From Squalus acanthias (Eukaryota): DNA of 64,000 bases. The notes below the pieces were generated by a model that was not told where the DNA came from, did no database searches, and saw nothing but the letters and a program-made list of their open reading frames with translations. A program made the position numbers and the translations under genes. Location of the stretch: positions 96,474,001 to 96,538,000 of the forward strand of contig CM059432.1 of NCBI GenBank assembly GCA_030390025.1. Reading direction: 5' to 3'. Position 1 is the first letter of the stretch. Each line of letters opens with the position of its first letter. Below are positions 12,365 to 25,332 of the stretch, piece after piece.

Positions 12365-13625
12365 TACATAGGATTACATATGATATACAGCACAGAAACG
12401 GGCCATTCGGCCCAACCAGTCCATGCTGGCATTTATGCTCCACTCGAGCCTCCTCCCATCTTTCCTCATCTAACTCTATCAGCATAACCCTCTATTCCCT
12501 TATCCCTCATATGTTTAACCAACCGCCCCTTAAATGCATCTATACTATTCGCTTCAACCACTCCCTGTGGTAGCCAGTTCCACATTCTCACCACTCTCTG
12601 GGTAAAGAAGTTTTCTGAATTCCCGATTGGATATCTTGCATTGATGGCCTCTAGTTTTGCTCTTCCCCACAAGTGGAAACACTCTCTCTGTATCTACTCT
12701 ATCAAAACCTTTCATGATTTTAAAGACCTCAATTAGGTCACCCCTCAGCCTTCTTTTTTCAAGTGAGAAGAGACCTAGCATGTTCATCCTATCCTGATAG
12801 GTATACCCTCGCACTTCTCGTATCATCCTTGTAAATCTTCTCTGCACCCTCTCCAGTGCCTCTATATCTTTTTTATAATATGGTGACCAGAATTGTATGC
12901 AGTACTCCAAATGTGGTCTAACCAAGGTTCGATACAAATTTAGCATAACTTCACTACTTTTCAATTCTATCCCTCTAGAAATAAACCCGAGTGCTTGTTT
13001 TTTTTTTATGGCCTTGTTAACCTGTATCGATACCTTTAGCGATTTGTGTATTTGTACTCTGAGATCCCTTTGCTCCTCTACCCAATTTAGATTCTTTTTT
13101 TCCAAGTAATATGTGACCTCCCTATTTTTCTTACCAAAATGTAATACCTCACATTTATCTGTGTTGAATTTCATTTGCCAATTATATGCCCATTCTGCAA
13201 GTTTATTAATGTCTTCTTGTAAGTTATTGCAGTCCTCCTCAGTATTGACTAACCCCCCATTTGGTGTCGTCCGCAAATTTAGAAATTGTGTTTTGATGCC
13301 AAAGTCTAAATCGTTAATATAAATTGTGAACAGCAGTGGTTCCAGTACTGAACGTTGTAGAACACCACTTCCCACTTTCTGCCATTCTGATTAGATACCC
13401 TTTACTCTGCTTTCTGTCTTGAAGCCAGCTAGCTATCCATTCTGCTACTTGTCCCCTGACCTTATTCATTAGTCTATTATGTGGTACCTTATCGAAGGCC
13501 TTTTGAAAATCTAGATAAATTACATCTACTACATTACCCTTGTCTACTTTTTCTGTTACCTCTTCAAAAAATTCAATTAGGTTGGTCAAGCAAGACTTTC
13601 CCTTTTGAAATCCATGCTGACTATT
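12365..13625 (-). mobile_element. 5'-truncated CR1 LINE (RT C-terminal half + 3' UTR)
   Basis: ORFs 13314-13589 (TNLIEFFEEVT..YLDFQKAFDKVPH) and 12554-13375 (WQMKFNTDKC, VRPHLEYC, RRLRGDLIE). Tail ttacataggattacata. Confidence 0.92.
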
Positions 13626-13709
13626 CCGTTCGGACCAGTGGTTTTATCCTCTTTGAGTTTCATTAGTTTATTTAATATATCTCCTTGTTTTATTTTAAAT
13701 GCAGTTATT

Positions 13710-14062
13710 ATTCCAACTATTCCAATGTATTCCTGGCTCGCCTCTCACATTCTATCCTCCGTAAACTTGAGGTCATCCAAAACTCTGCTGCCCGGGTCCT
13801 AACTCGCACCAAGTCCCGTTCACCCATCACCCCTGTGCTCGCTGACCTACATTGACCCCCGGTTAAGCAACACCTCAATTTGAAAATGCTCATCCCTGTT
13901 TTCAAATCCCACCAGGGCCTCACCCCTCCCTATCCCTGTAATCTCCTCAACCCTCTGAGATATCTGCACTCCTCAAATTCTGGCCTCTTGAGCATCCCTG
14001 ATTTTAATCACTCAACCATTGGTGGTCATGCCTTCAGTTGCCAAGGCCCTAAGTTCTGGAAA
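13710..14062 (+). mobile_element. L2 LINE fragment (C-terminal ORF2)
   Basis: Aligns by eye with 37110-37470 of the long L2 copy (aactcgcaccaagtcccgttcacccatcacccc). Confidence 0.8.
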
Positions 14063-14452
14063 TCTGTGATGGGGTGGAAGGCAGCAGGGATTAAATGACA
14101 AAAGGGATAATGGTGCAAGGCAAAAGGGGGTGGTAATGGGACAAGTAAAGAAACAAAAGATGGATCTAGAGGAACTGTAAATGGCAACAGCAGAACCATT
14201 ACCAGCACCTGCTGTCTGAAAAAATGGGAGCAGTGGTTATAATCTGAAATTGTTGAACTCAATGTTGAGTCCAGAAGGTTGTAAAGTCCCGAATCGAAAG
14301 ATGAGGCGCTTTACCTTAAGCTTCCATTGAGCTTCATTGGAGCAGTGTATGAAGCCGAGGACAGAGAGTCAGAGTAGGAGTGGGATGGAGAATTAAAATA
14401 AGAAGCGACCGGAAGCTCAAGGTCATGCTTGCGGACTGAACGGAGGTGTTCA
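14063..14452 (-). mobile_element. Penelope-like fragment (GIY-YIG C-terminal remnant + part of pLTR)
   Basis: tctgaaattgttgaactcaatgttgagtccagaagg...cggactgaacggaggtgttc matches 28940-29150. Confidence 0.8.
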
Positions 14453-14454
14453 GT

Positions 14455-14700
14455 GGTGATATCAGGAAGTACTTCTTCTAACAAAGGGTAGTGGAAATCT
14501 GGAACTCTCTCCCCAAAAAGCTGTTGAGGCTAGGTCAATTGAAATTTCAAAACTGAGATCGATATATTTTTGCTAAGCAAGTGTATTAAGAGTTACGAAA
14601 CCAAGGCGGGTAGATTGAGTTAAGATACACATTAGCCATGATCTAATTGAATGGCGGAACAAGCTCGAGGGGCTGAATGCCCTACTCCTGTTCCTATGTT
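14455..14700 (+). mobile_element. CR1 LINE 3' end
   Basis: ...gtagtggaaatctggaactctct...ttgaatggcggaacaagctcgaggggctgaatgccctactcctgttcctatgtt. Confidence 0.8.
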
Positions 14701-15693
14701 AAGATGTTCGAATGTTCCTATTAAAATGGTGGACAAAGGAATGTCTTAGAATGTGTTAAGCATTTGTCTGCTAATATTGGCAACTGTGATTTCTGGTTTA
14801 TTATTACTTAAGTGGTTAAGTACCAGGTGGAGTTCAAACAGCTCACTGTTGCCATCTACAGTGTAAACATTTACACATGTCTCTTTGTATCCTTCTTTGT
14901 TACATTTATTTTCAAACTTTTGGACATATTCCCGTGGAATTTTCACAGGGGTCCTCGCAGGTAACTTCAGCAAGAGATTGGCGGAACCATCATATAAACG
15001 CCCATTCTCTGCCATTCCCTCTGTTGCTCTGTGGTTCTGCTGATCTCCCACTGATGTTACAGGAGGACATTGGGAGAACCCTCGTGGACATTCTGGGCCA
15101 AATGCACTTTCGATAATTTTATGATATTAACTCGATTCACTTGCTGTCAAATTAATCATGGACCATTTTAGCCACCCTTGGATTTTGTAATTAGAAATTT
15201 AAGCCATTTAAACATTGGGATCAACCATGATCAAAGGTAAGTGCTTAAACAAGCGTAAAGGAAGACCTGACCCAAGTAACAAGTAACAAGTAGTAACTCT
15301 GATGACTGAGCTGATCAAAAAAGTAATTGGAAACAACATGTTCAGAGCATGCGGAGGACCTCCTGGTGAATCCATGATGCTCATGAGTGTCAAGATCTCT
15401 GGAACTAGGCTGAAAAGCCCTCAAGCTCCAGGTCAGGAGGCAAGCCTGGGATGAGTGAATTCAAGTCAACACAATCATAATGAATCGGTACATATTGCAG
15501 GAAATTAGAAAAAAGTTACAATGACGTGAAGAAGTCAATCGAAGAAATTATTGCATTCACCTGCTGAGGTAAAAGTGTGATAGGAAAGAGCCCAACAAAT
15601 AAGGGAGCTCACACCCTTAGAAATGAAGATGACTGAATTGTTCTGCAATTAAAGCTAAGGGAATAGGAGTGCTGCTAAAGTGTCAAACTCCCT

Positions 15694-16241
15694 TGTTAAG
15701 CAACCTCCTTTCTCCTCTGGTTCACAACATGTTTCGAGTAAGCACGAGACTTCGTAGTGGAGTATACGGAACAGACTTTATTGATACACAGTAAAGGGGA
15801 TCAGCCTTAACTGTATACAGAGAGTGGATATTTGGTTTCTGTATCTTTCAAGTACACTGTGACAAACTGTTGAAAACCATGCTCTTTTATACACCATATT
15901 TTGATACTTCAAAGGAAAATGTCAAAATGACTTATTTATTTACTAAATCCTCTGAAAACAGACTATCTATGTAAACAGTTTGCAATTGTTTAGCTCAGAA
16001 CCACTTCCCTTAAACAAGACTTCATTACCCTAAAACTAAAATTACATTTTATTACCTACACTTATTTCCTTACACAAGTACTTTACATATCAGAAAATAA
16101 GCCATGCTTTCTCCTCACGACACTTCAAAGTCATCCTGTTTATATCTTGGAAAGCCTGTTGCTTTAAGATACAAAGAAGTTCGACTGTTAACCCTTAAGT
16201 CCCCTAGATGTCCAACATACATCTCTCTGGGATGACTAACA
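15694..16241 (-). repeat. LTR 1 (outer 3' LTR of the array)
   Basis: tgttaagcaacc...gatgactaaca. Minus-strand AATAAA (tttatt at ~15777) and TATA-like ttttata at ~15886. Confidence 0.9.
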
Positions 16242-16329
16242 TATCTACCAATTTTTATTTCTTCTTCTAATGCATGCTCAAATAATGAGGTAGACTGTTT
16301 ATACAGTATAATTCTAATCCATGGGTGCT

Positions 16330-18170
16330 GAACTATGTTTTAAACGTTCACCCACCATTCATAATTTCCAACGGTAGATGTCCCCTTTTCAACGTTAGCA
16401 TTACATCATATCATATACACTGTCAGTCATTTAATGTTAGGGTTTTAAACTAAAGAAGTCTTGTCTATGTTTATCTTGGGTAATATTACACATCATGACA
16501 CAAACAAAGAATATCATAATACATTGTACAGAACACTACAGTTTATCATATGATCAAGTAATCATGGACTTAAAAGAATTCTCCAGCTCTCCTTTTACAA
16601 TTATGCATCTTGTGGATATTCTCGCTGAGTATCATTTCACACTAACTTTCAGTTATTCCAATTTCATTGTGATCTCAAAGGAATTGAACCCTGAATTTTA
16701 GAAATCCAAATCCTATGTCCCTCTTTACTTTAATTTCAGTCCCTCTGATAGGTATCAGTACATTTAACTCTATATTGTTTCATTAAAAAGTCAGTTTCAT
16801 TATGGAGCATATGTCAATGCCTTGAATAAAATTTGTCTCACTCCCCTGAGCCACATTAACCATTTCACGTCATGCTGTTGTCAAGTAACTGAGCATGTCT
16901 GAGACCCATTCTTCAGTGCATCTTCACCATGCATTTCTGCATTCTAGTTACCTCATGTGCAACATATCACATTTGCACACACACTGGTATCCCAATATCA
17001 TACCACACTTGACATCAGATACAAGCCATTCCTGGGCTTGAAAGTTATCTTATGAAAAGATCGGAGGTCTTTTCTCATCTCCACCTGTCTAGGGTTGTGG
17101 CCAGGCTATCAAATACATTTTCTTCATAACAAAAGCAAAATACTGCAGATGCTGGAAATCTGAAATGATAACAGATTGGGTGACTGCTTTGCGGAACACC
17201 TCCATTCAGTCCGTAAGGGTGACCCCGCGAGCTTCCGGTCACCTGTCACTTTAATTCTCCGCTCCACTCCCACCCTGACCTCTCCGTCCTCGGCCTCTTA
17301 CAGTGTTCCAATGAAGCTCAACGTAAGCTCGAGGAACAGCAAATCATCTTTCGATTAGGCACTTTACAGCCTTCTGGACTCAACATAGAGTTCAACAATT
17401 TCAGACCATAACCTCTGCCCCTATCTTTTTTTCATTTTTTTTTCTCTCTCACATGGCAGCTGTCGATAATCCTGCCATTACCATTTACACTTCATCTAGA
17501 GTCATCTTTTGTTTCTTATCTTGTCCCATTACCATCTGCTTTTGCCTTGCACCATCATCCCTTTTGTCTCTTAATCTCTCCTGCCTTCCATCCTATCACA
17601 GAACGTCCCTGTTGTTCTTTCCTGCCCTCCCCCCTCTCCCTGCCCCTACACTTGCTTAAAAACCTGTTCCATCTCCAACTTTTTCCAGTTCTGACGAAGG
17701 GTCATCGAACTGAAACATTAACTCTGTTTCTCTCTCTACAGATGCTGCCTGACCTGCTGAGTATTTCCAACATTTTCTTTATTGTTCAGTATAGGCAAAG
17801 AAACAAACATCTCACAGAGAAACCTATCAATTAATGATTCTCACCTACACTTTCCTGACATTCAATGGAATGTACCTCAATACCAAATTTAAATATTTTC
17901 AGGTATCATGTTACTCAGGGGTGCACTCACACATCTTTTCCTAACCCCTGTTTGAGTTCCTGAAATTCACCCATAATCACCTAGGAAAATTATTTTAGAA
18001 AAACTCCCATTATATTTCCATTTCATCTCATTCAGGAGCCCTGGAGAATCTTTACTGTCCAATACAATACGATCATTACCATTTAACAAAATTCCCAAAT
18101 CAATCCAAGCTATCAACACATTTTTCGTCATTTTGCTTAAACTCTTATTGGACCTTTTATTCCTCAAAAT
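16330..18170 (-). pseudogene. Heavily decayed env-like glycoprotein gene remnant (repeated in units 2 and 3)
   Basis: Minus-strand translation across stops and frameshifts gives, in order: GVRKR (furin-like), NNKENVFDSLATTLDIGTLQVEMRKDL, QAQEWLVSDVKCGMILGY, NVLIPIRG...DIGF, a Cys-rich segment, and EWWVNV*NIVQHPWIRII just before the 3' LTR. Position fits env. Confidence 0.5.
17129..17767 (+). mobile_element. Penelope-like insertion in array unit 1 (shared by all three units)
   Basis: Inverted pLTR piece acaaaagcaaaatactgcagatgctgg, then GIY-YIG 'GDCFAEHLHSVRKGDP', then pLTR. TSD acattttctt(c/t)at. Confidence 0.85.
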
Positions 18171-19678
18171 ATTGTAATTCCAGAGAGCAATTCAGTCTGC
18201 AAGATGAGAAATGTTAGTTACCTTTGACACAACAGCCTCTCCCCAAAAAACTTCTTTCTTAACACACAGTTTGGATGGAAACCACTTAGACTGGACCTTT
18301 TCAAAAACAAAATTTGATTATCCCATTAAATTTCAGATAAATTTCCCTTCCCGAGTGTTTGAACTGCAACTTGTAACAATTTAGCTTATCAATTTTAATT
18401 TCACAAAAAATTATGTCCAGGCTCGTGATTTTACAAAGGAGACAAAAATAGTTGTAATTACTTTTGAATGTAAGTCTTTTATCTTCCCCCTCGAGCAATG
18501 TGTCTTGGAAGATACCAAACGATCCCAATAGGTTAAAGTCTTAAGTCTAATTTTGTCACCACGCTGCGACATTCAAAATCCATCGATGCCTGCAGATAAG
18601 AACTTAAATTCTGAACAGTACTGGAGTTCCCTCTGCACTTTTTCAGCAAAGTTCGAGCTCTGTAACACCTTGAAGTAATTTCTCTATCAAAGAACCCTCT
18701 TGGTAATCTTGCACCATCAACACTCTTCTTAAAAGAAAAAAATAGAAAATCCACTGTGGCATTCCTGGCAGCCCAATAGGTTAATTTTGTCATTTGTCAA
18801 TTTCTGATTCCCTTCTGTCACTGTGTGAAAACATCCATTCAAATTTAACGAACTTAAAATTTAAAAATACCCAAAATGTTTATAAAACACAAAGCTGCTT
18901 GTGGAGTTAACTTCTTTTTGTTCATTTCAAAAGAAGACAAACCCAGATATCATCAATCAATGTCAGCTTGTGTCACAGAACTTCTTACAGCTTTCAAATA
19001 AATGTAAAAACATTTGCCAAGTAAAATGCTTAAAATTTGCAATTCAATTCAGCAGGGAAAACATCAGACGTCATTATCATGCACATAACAGTCACATTCT
19101 CCCTTTATCTCTCTTCTGGCCACACATTTTAGTACCATTAAGACGATTAATCTCATCACATATTCCAGCTTGAAAAATCCTTTGTAAAAATGACGTTAAC
19201 ATTCACACTGAAAACAAAAACTTCTGAAGAACAGTAGGAAAGAGACATGATCTTCCATTTTCTCTTTTATTTCATCATAAACTATTTATCTTTTTACCCT
19301 TAAACCAATTTTCAATTTCTGATGCTTTCTCCACAAGACACCTATTCCCATACAAAGCCCCTGCAATAGGTATGTTCTCTGTCTCCTTTCATTTAGTTTC
19401 TGCTGAAACAGGATCATTTTCTGTCTACTATCTTTTTGTCTCTGCAGACACACATTCTCCAGTGCCTGCTCAATCTCCTCCCAGCTCCCATTTAAAATTT
19501 CCTTGGAAACACTGTAAGGTTTTACTTTTAATCCGGTCAGAAATTTTCAAAAGGACCAACTTGGTCGAGAAACCAACTATCTCGTCTGATTCCACCCTAT
19601 TCCCTAGATCGCGATTCCCAGGAGCTAGTTATACCCACTATCGATATTAATTCATACTCACCATCTGCGTATTCGTTG

Positions 19679-19696
19679 GACGAGTTCACGGCACCA
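19679..19696 (-). promoter_or_regulatory. Primer-binding site, tRNA-His-like (copies at 25313-25330, degraded, and 32644-32661)
   Basis: Minus strand reads TGGTGCCGTGAACTCG, 2 nt after the LTR end. The complement of the tRNA-His 3' end is TGGTGCCGTGACTCGGAT. A splice donor ATG|GTGAGT follows (19656-19661). Confidence 0.8.
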
Positions 19697-19698
19697 AA

Positions 19699-20240
19699 TG
19701 TTAAGCAACCTCCTTTCTCCTCTGGTTCACAACAACATGTTTTGAGTAAGCACGAGACTTCGTAGTGGAGTATACGGAACAGACTTTATTAATACACAGT
19801 AAAGGGGATCAGCCTTAACTGTATACAGAGAGTGGATATTTGGTTTCTGTATCTTTCAAGTACATTCTGACAAACTGTTGAAAACCATGCTCTTTTATAC
19901 ACCATATTTTGATACTTCAAAGGAAAATGCCAAAATGACTTATTTATTTACCTAATCCTCTGAAAACAGACCATCTATGTAAACTGTTCGTAATTGTTTA
20001 CCTCAGAAACACTTCCCTTAAACAAGACTTCACTACCCTAAAACTAAAATTACATTTTATTACCTTCCTTACACAAGTACTTTACATATCAGAAAATAAG
20101 CCATGCTTTCTCCTCACGACTCTTCAAAGTTATCCTGTTTATATATTGGAAAGTCTGTTGCTTTAAGATACAAAGAAGTTCGACTGTTAACCCTTAAGTC
20201 CCCTAGATGTCCAACATACATCTCTCTGGGATGACCTACA
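19699..20240 (-). repeat. LTR 2 (internal, chimeric)
   Basis: tgttaagcaacc...gatgacctaca. Homologous to LTR 1 over its full length. Confidence 0.9.
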
Positions 20241-20951
20241 TATCTACCAATTTTTATTTCTTCTTCTAATGCATGCTCATATTATGAGGTAGACTGTTTA
20301 TACAGTATAATTCTAGTCCATGAGTGCTGAACTATGTTTTAAACTTTCACCCACCATTCATAATTTCCAACGGTAGATGTCCCCTTTTCAGTGTTTGCAT
20401 TACATCATATCATATACACTGTCAGTCATTTAATGTTAGGGTTTTAAACTAAAGAAGTCTTGTCTATGTTTATCTTGGATAATATTACACATCATGACAC
20501 AAACAAAGAATATCATAATACATTGTACAGAACACTACAGTTTATCAGATGATCAAGTAATCATGGACTTAAAAGAATTCTCCAGCTCTCCTTTTACAAT
20601 TATGCATCTTGTAGATATTCTCGCTGAGTATCATTTCACACTAACTTTCAGTTATTCCAATTTCATTGTGATCTCAAAGGAATTGAACCCTGAATTTTAG
20701 AAATCCAAATCCTATGTCCCTCTTTACTTTAATTTCAGTCCCTCTGATAGGTATCAGTACATTTAACTCTATATTGTTTCATTAAAATTCAGTTTCATTA
20801 TGGAGCATATGTCAATGCCTTGAATAAAATTTGTCTCACTCTCCTGAGCCACATTAACCATTTCACGTCATGCTGTTGTCAAGTAACTGAGCATGCCTGA
20901 GACCCGTTCTTCAGTGCATCTTCACCATGCATTTCCGCATGCTAGTTGCCT

Positions 20952-22567
20952 TGAAGGGATAATTACAAGTCCTAGCTCTTTCGGACTACCCCAAATCAGG
21001 CGTATTCCCCAGACGTTCCCCTTCAACTAAAGTTAGAGATAGCCGGATCCCATAAAATGCTTAATTGGGTCTAAAGGTCAGACTACCTCTCCCTAAAGGA
21101 AAGAAATGGTCTAAAGATGTTACCGTCCTCCAGATAGTGCTTTTAATAAGTTTAACTAGACTGTAACCTTCCGGATATTATGACGGTCCGGAATACCCCC
21201 CAGAATTCTGCAACTCCTTTGTGAAGATAGTACAGAAATTTGAGTTTGCGAGATGATACAGAAATACACTGTGAGACAATTTAAAAATATATAGATTTAT
21301 TTAAGAACCGACATTTAGCTAACATCTGTTATGGCAATCGCAATTTTAACTGTTCAAAATACAAATAGCTTACATTTCTTATCAGAGATCCTTATTCTCA
21401 AATCTTAACTTCGTTACATTTCCACACATCGACTTATTTCTTAATCCAGAATATGTTAAGTCAATCGCGACTTTAATAGTTCAAAATACAAATAGCTTAC
21501 ATTTTCTTATTCTCAGAGATCCTTATTCTCAAATCTTAACTTTGTTACATTTCCACACTTCTACTTATTTCTTAATCCAGAATATCCACCAAAATCAAAT
21601 ACCTTGATTACGCGAGACTCAATGTTAAAAACTTACAGATCGTGCCTGTGAAGTTGAGAAATGCTTGCCTTCCCAGCGACTTCTGACTTTCCATTTGAAA
21701 AGCTCTTATTTTTATATCTTTTTTTGGTGGTTTATCCTTTGAAGTTTTCTTGCTGGTGTAAGCTAATTGTTTTACGTCATTCTTTGCTGAATTGTTTTCT
21801 ATTCTTTACTGCCATATCAGCTGTTAGCTTTTAGACTTGTCTCCTGTTTAGGTGCTTCAAAAACCATCATAAAAAACAATATGACAGTAGTATTTATTTG
21901 ATGTGATTCTTAGGAAGTCTTTCTATAGAATTTCTAATATCACTTAACTACTTGTAAGCCAGACGTCGTGTCTCCTAACTATTCCATTTTCAATACAAGA
22001 ACAATGTAATTGCTTGATGCATCCATTGAAGTAATATTTTCAAAGCCTTCCTATAGGTATATTTTACAACTTGTAAATTGAAAACACTTCTCTTAGGGTG
22101 TTTACTTGTTTTCTTGCTATCTCAATTGGTTGCATATTCAATCATGTTTCCTGTTTCTAAGTTTAACATAAAACTATTTTACGACAGGCATTTCTTTTAC
22201 TTGATGTCATTTTTTTCAAAGGCACTTGCTTTTTTTAATGTTCTGTGCACCTGTTCGACGTGTTCGATTATAACACTTTACTTGGGTCATTCCATTGTTT
22301 TGTTTCCAAACTCTAGACATAGAGGAACTGCCAATGGTTTGCTTCAATAGGGGCTTTGTCTCTGTATTTACAAACCAATTCCCATTTCAAAGCTTGTGTC
22401 CACAGCTTTGTGTTAACAAACTATCTTCTCTCATCAGCCTGTATTGTGCCTGCAGCCTGTGTCGCCGAGGCTTTCAGACTTTTAAACCCAGTATGTCTTT
22501 TTTTAATAATATCAAAAATCTGTTTATAGGATGGTGTATTTTTCTGAAATATGGCTATTCAATTACA
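20952..22567. mobile_element. ~1.6-kb solo-LTR-like insertion in array unit 2
   Basis: TG...CA ends with 4-bp TSD GCCT (20948-20951, 22568-22571). Unit 1 shows the empty site (agttacctcatg, ~16946-16957). Non-coding and AT-rich. Confidence 0.75.
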
Positions 22568-22759
22568 GCCTCATGCGCAACATATCACATTTGCACACAC
22601 ACTGGTATCCCAATATCATGCCACACTTGACATCAGATACAAGCCATTCCTGGGCTTGATAGTTATCTTATGAAAAGATCGGAGGTCTTTTCTCATCTCC
22701 ACCTGCAAGGTCCCAATGTCTAGGGTTGTGGCCAGGCTATCAAATACATTTTCTTTATT

Positions 22760-23406
22760 ACAAAAGCAAAATACTGCGGATGCTGGAAATCTGAAATAAA
22801 AACAGATTGGGTGACCGCTTTGCGGAACACCTCCATTCAGTCCGTAAGGGTGACCCCGCGAGCTTCCGGTCACCTGTCACTTTAATTCTCCGCTCCACGC
22901 CCACTCTGACCTCTCTGTCCTCGGCCTCTAACAGTGTTCCAAAGAAGCTCAACGTAAGCTCGAGGAACAGCAAATCATCTTTCGATTAGGCACTTTACAG
23001 CCTTCTGGACTCAACATCGAGTTCAACAATTTCAGACCATAACCTCTGTCCCCATCTTTTTTTTCATTTTTTTTTCTCTCTCTCTCACATGGCAGCTGTC
23101 GATCATTCTGCCATTACCATTTACACTTCATCTAGAGTCACCTTTTGTTTCTTAACTTGTCCCATTACCATCTGCTTTTGCCTTGCACCATTATCCCTTT
23201 TGTCTCTTAATCTCTCCTGCCTTCCATTCTATCACAGACCTTCCCTTTTGTTCTTTCCTGCCCTCCCTCCTCTTCCAGCTCCTACACTTGCTTAAAAACC
23301 TGTTCCATCTCCAACTTTTTCCACTTCTGACGAAGGGTCATCGACCTGAAACGTTAACTCTATTTCTCTCTCTACAGATGCTGCCTGACCTGCTGAGTAT
23401 TTCCAA
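22760..23406 (+). mobile_element. Penelope-like insertion in array unit 2, with intact hammerhead core at ~23323-23359
   Basis: 14-bp TSD acattttctttatt on both sides. 'GDRFAEHLHSVRKGDP'. ctgacgaagggtcatcgacctgaaacgttaact. Confidence 0.85.
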
Positions 23407-25332
23407 CATTTTCTTTATTGTTCAGTATAGGCAAAGAAACAAACATCTCACAGAGAAACCTATCAATTAGTGATTCTCACCTACACTTTCCTGACTTTCA
23501 ATGGAATGTATCTCAATACCAAATTTAAATATTTTCAGGTATCATTTTACTCAGGGGTGCACTCACACATCTTTTCCTAACCCCTGTTTGAGTTCCTGAA
23601 ATTCACCCATAATCACCTAGGAAAATTATTTTAGAAAAATCCCATTATATTACCATTTCATCTCATTCAGGAGCCCTGGAGAAACTTTACTGTCCAATAC
23701 AATACAATCATTGCCATTTAACAAAATTCCCAAATCAATCCAAGCTATCAACACATTTTGGTCATTTTGCTTAAACTCTTATTGGACCTTTTATTCCTCA
23801 AAATATTGTAATTCCAGAGAGCAATTCAGTCTGCAAGATGAGGAATGTTAGTTACCTTTAACACAAGAGCCTCTCCCCAAAAAACTTCTTTCTTAACACA
23901 CAGTTTGGATGGAAACCACTTAGAATGGACCTTTTCAAAACCAAAATTTGATTATCCCATTAAATTTCAGATAAATTTCCCTTCCCGAGTGTTTGAACTG
24001 CAACTTGTATCAATTTATCTTACCAATTTTAATTTCACAAAAAATTATGTCCAGGCTCGTGATTTTACAAAGGAGACAAAAATAGTTGTAATTACGTTTG
24101 AATGTAAGTCTTTTATCTTCCCCCTCGAGCAACGTGCCTTGGAAGATACCAAACGATCCCAATAGGTTAAAGTCTTAAGTCTAATTTTGTCACCAAGCTG
24201 CAACATTCAAAATCCATCGATGTCTGCAGATAAGAACTTAAATTCTGAACAGTACTGGAGCTCCCTCTGCACTTTTTCAGCAAAGTTCGAGCTCTGTAAC
24301 ACCTTGAAGTAATTTCTCTATCAAAGAACCCCTCTTGGTAAGCTTGCACCATCAACACTCTGCTTAAAAGTAAAAACAGAAAATCCACTGTGGCTTTCCT
24401 GGCAGCCCAATAGGTTAATTTTGTCATTTGTCAATTTCTGATTCCCTTCTGTCACTGTGTGAAAACATCCATTCAAATTAAAAAAACTTAACATTTAAAA
24501 ATACCCCAAATGTTTACAAAACACAAAGCTGCTTGTGGAGTTAACTTCTTTTTGTTCATTTCAAAAGAAGACAAACCCAGATATCATCAATCAATGTCAG
24601 CTTGTGTCACAAAACTTCTTACAGCTTTCAAATAAATGTAAAAACATTTGCCAAGTAAAATGCTTAAAATTTGCAATTCAATTCAGCAGGGAAAACATCA
24701 GACGTCATTATCATGCACATAACAGTCGCATTCTCCCTTTATCTCTCTTCTGGCCACACATTTTAGTACCATTAAGACGATTAATCTCAACACATATTGC
24801 AGCTTGAAAAATGCTTTGTAAAAATGACGTTAACATTCACACTGAAAACAAAAACTTCTGAAGAACAGTAGGAAAGAGACATGATCTTCCATTTTCTCTT
24901 TTATTTCATCATAAACTATTTATCTTTTTACCCTTAAAACAATTTTCAATTTCTGATGCTTTCTCCACAAGACACCTATTCCCATACAAAGCCCCTGCAA
25001 TAGGTATGTTCTCTGTCTCCTTTCATTTAGTTTCTGCTGAAACAGGATCATTTTCTGTCTACTATCTTTTTGTCTCTGCAGACACACATTCTCCAGTGCC
25101 TGCTCAATCTCCTCCCAGCTCCCGTTTAAAATTTCCTTGGAAACACTGTAAGGTTTTACTTTTAATCCGGTCAGAAATTTTCAAAAGGACCAACTTGGTC
25201 GAGAAACCAACTATCTCGTCTGATTCCACCCTATTCCCTAGATCGCGATTCCCAGGAGCTAGTTATACCCACTATCGATATTAATTCATACTCACCATCT
25301 GCGTATTCGTTGGACGAGCTCAAAGCACCAAT

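Noticed and set aside
15400..15640. Myb/SANT remnant (RKKLQ/SYNDVKK-like)
   Set aside because: Too decayed to give a frame or element boundaries.
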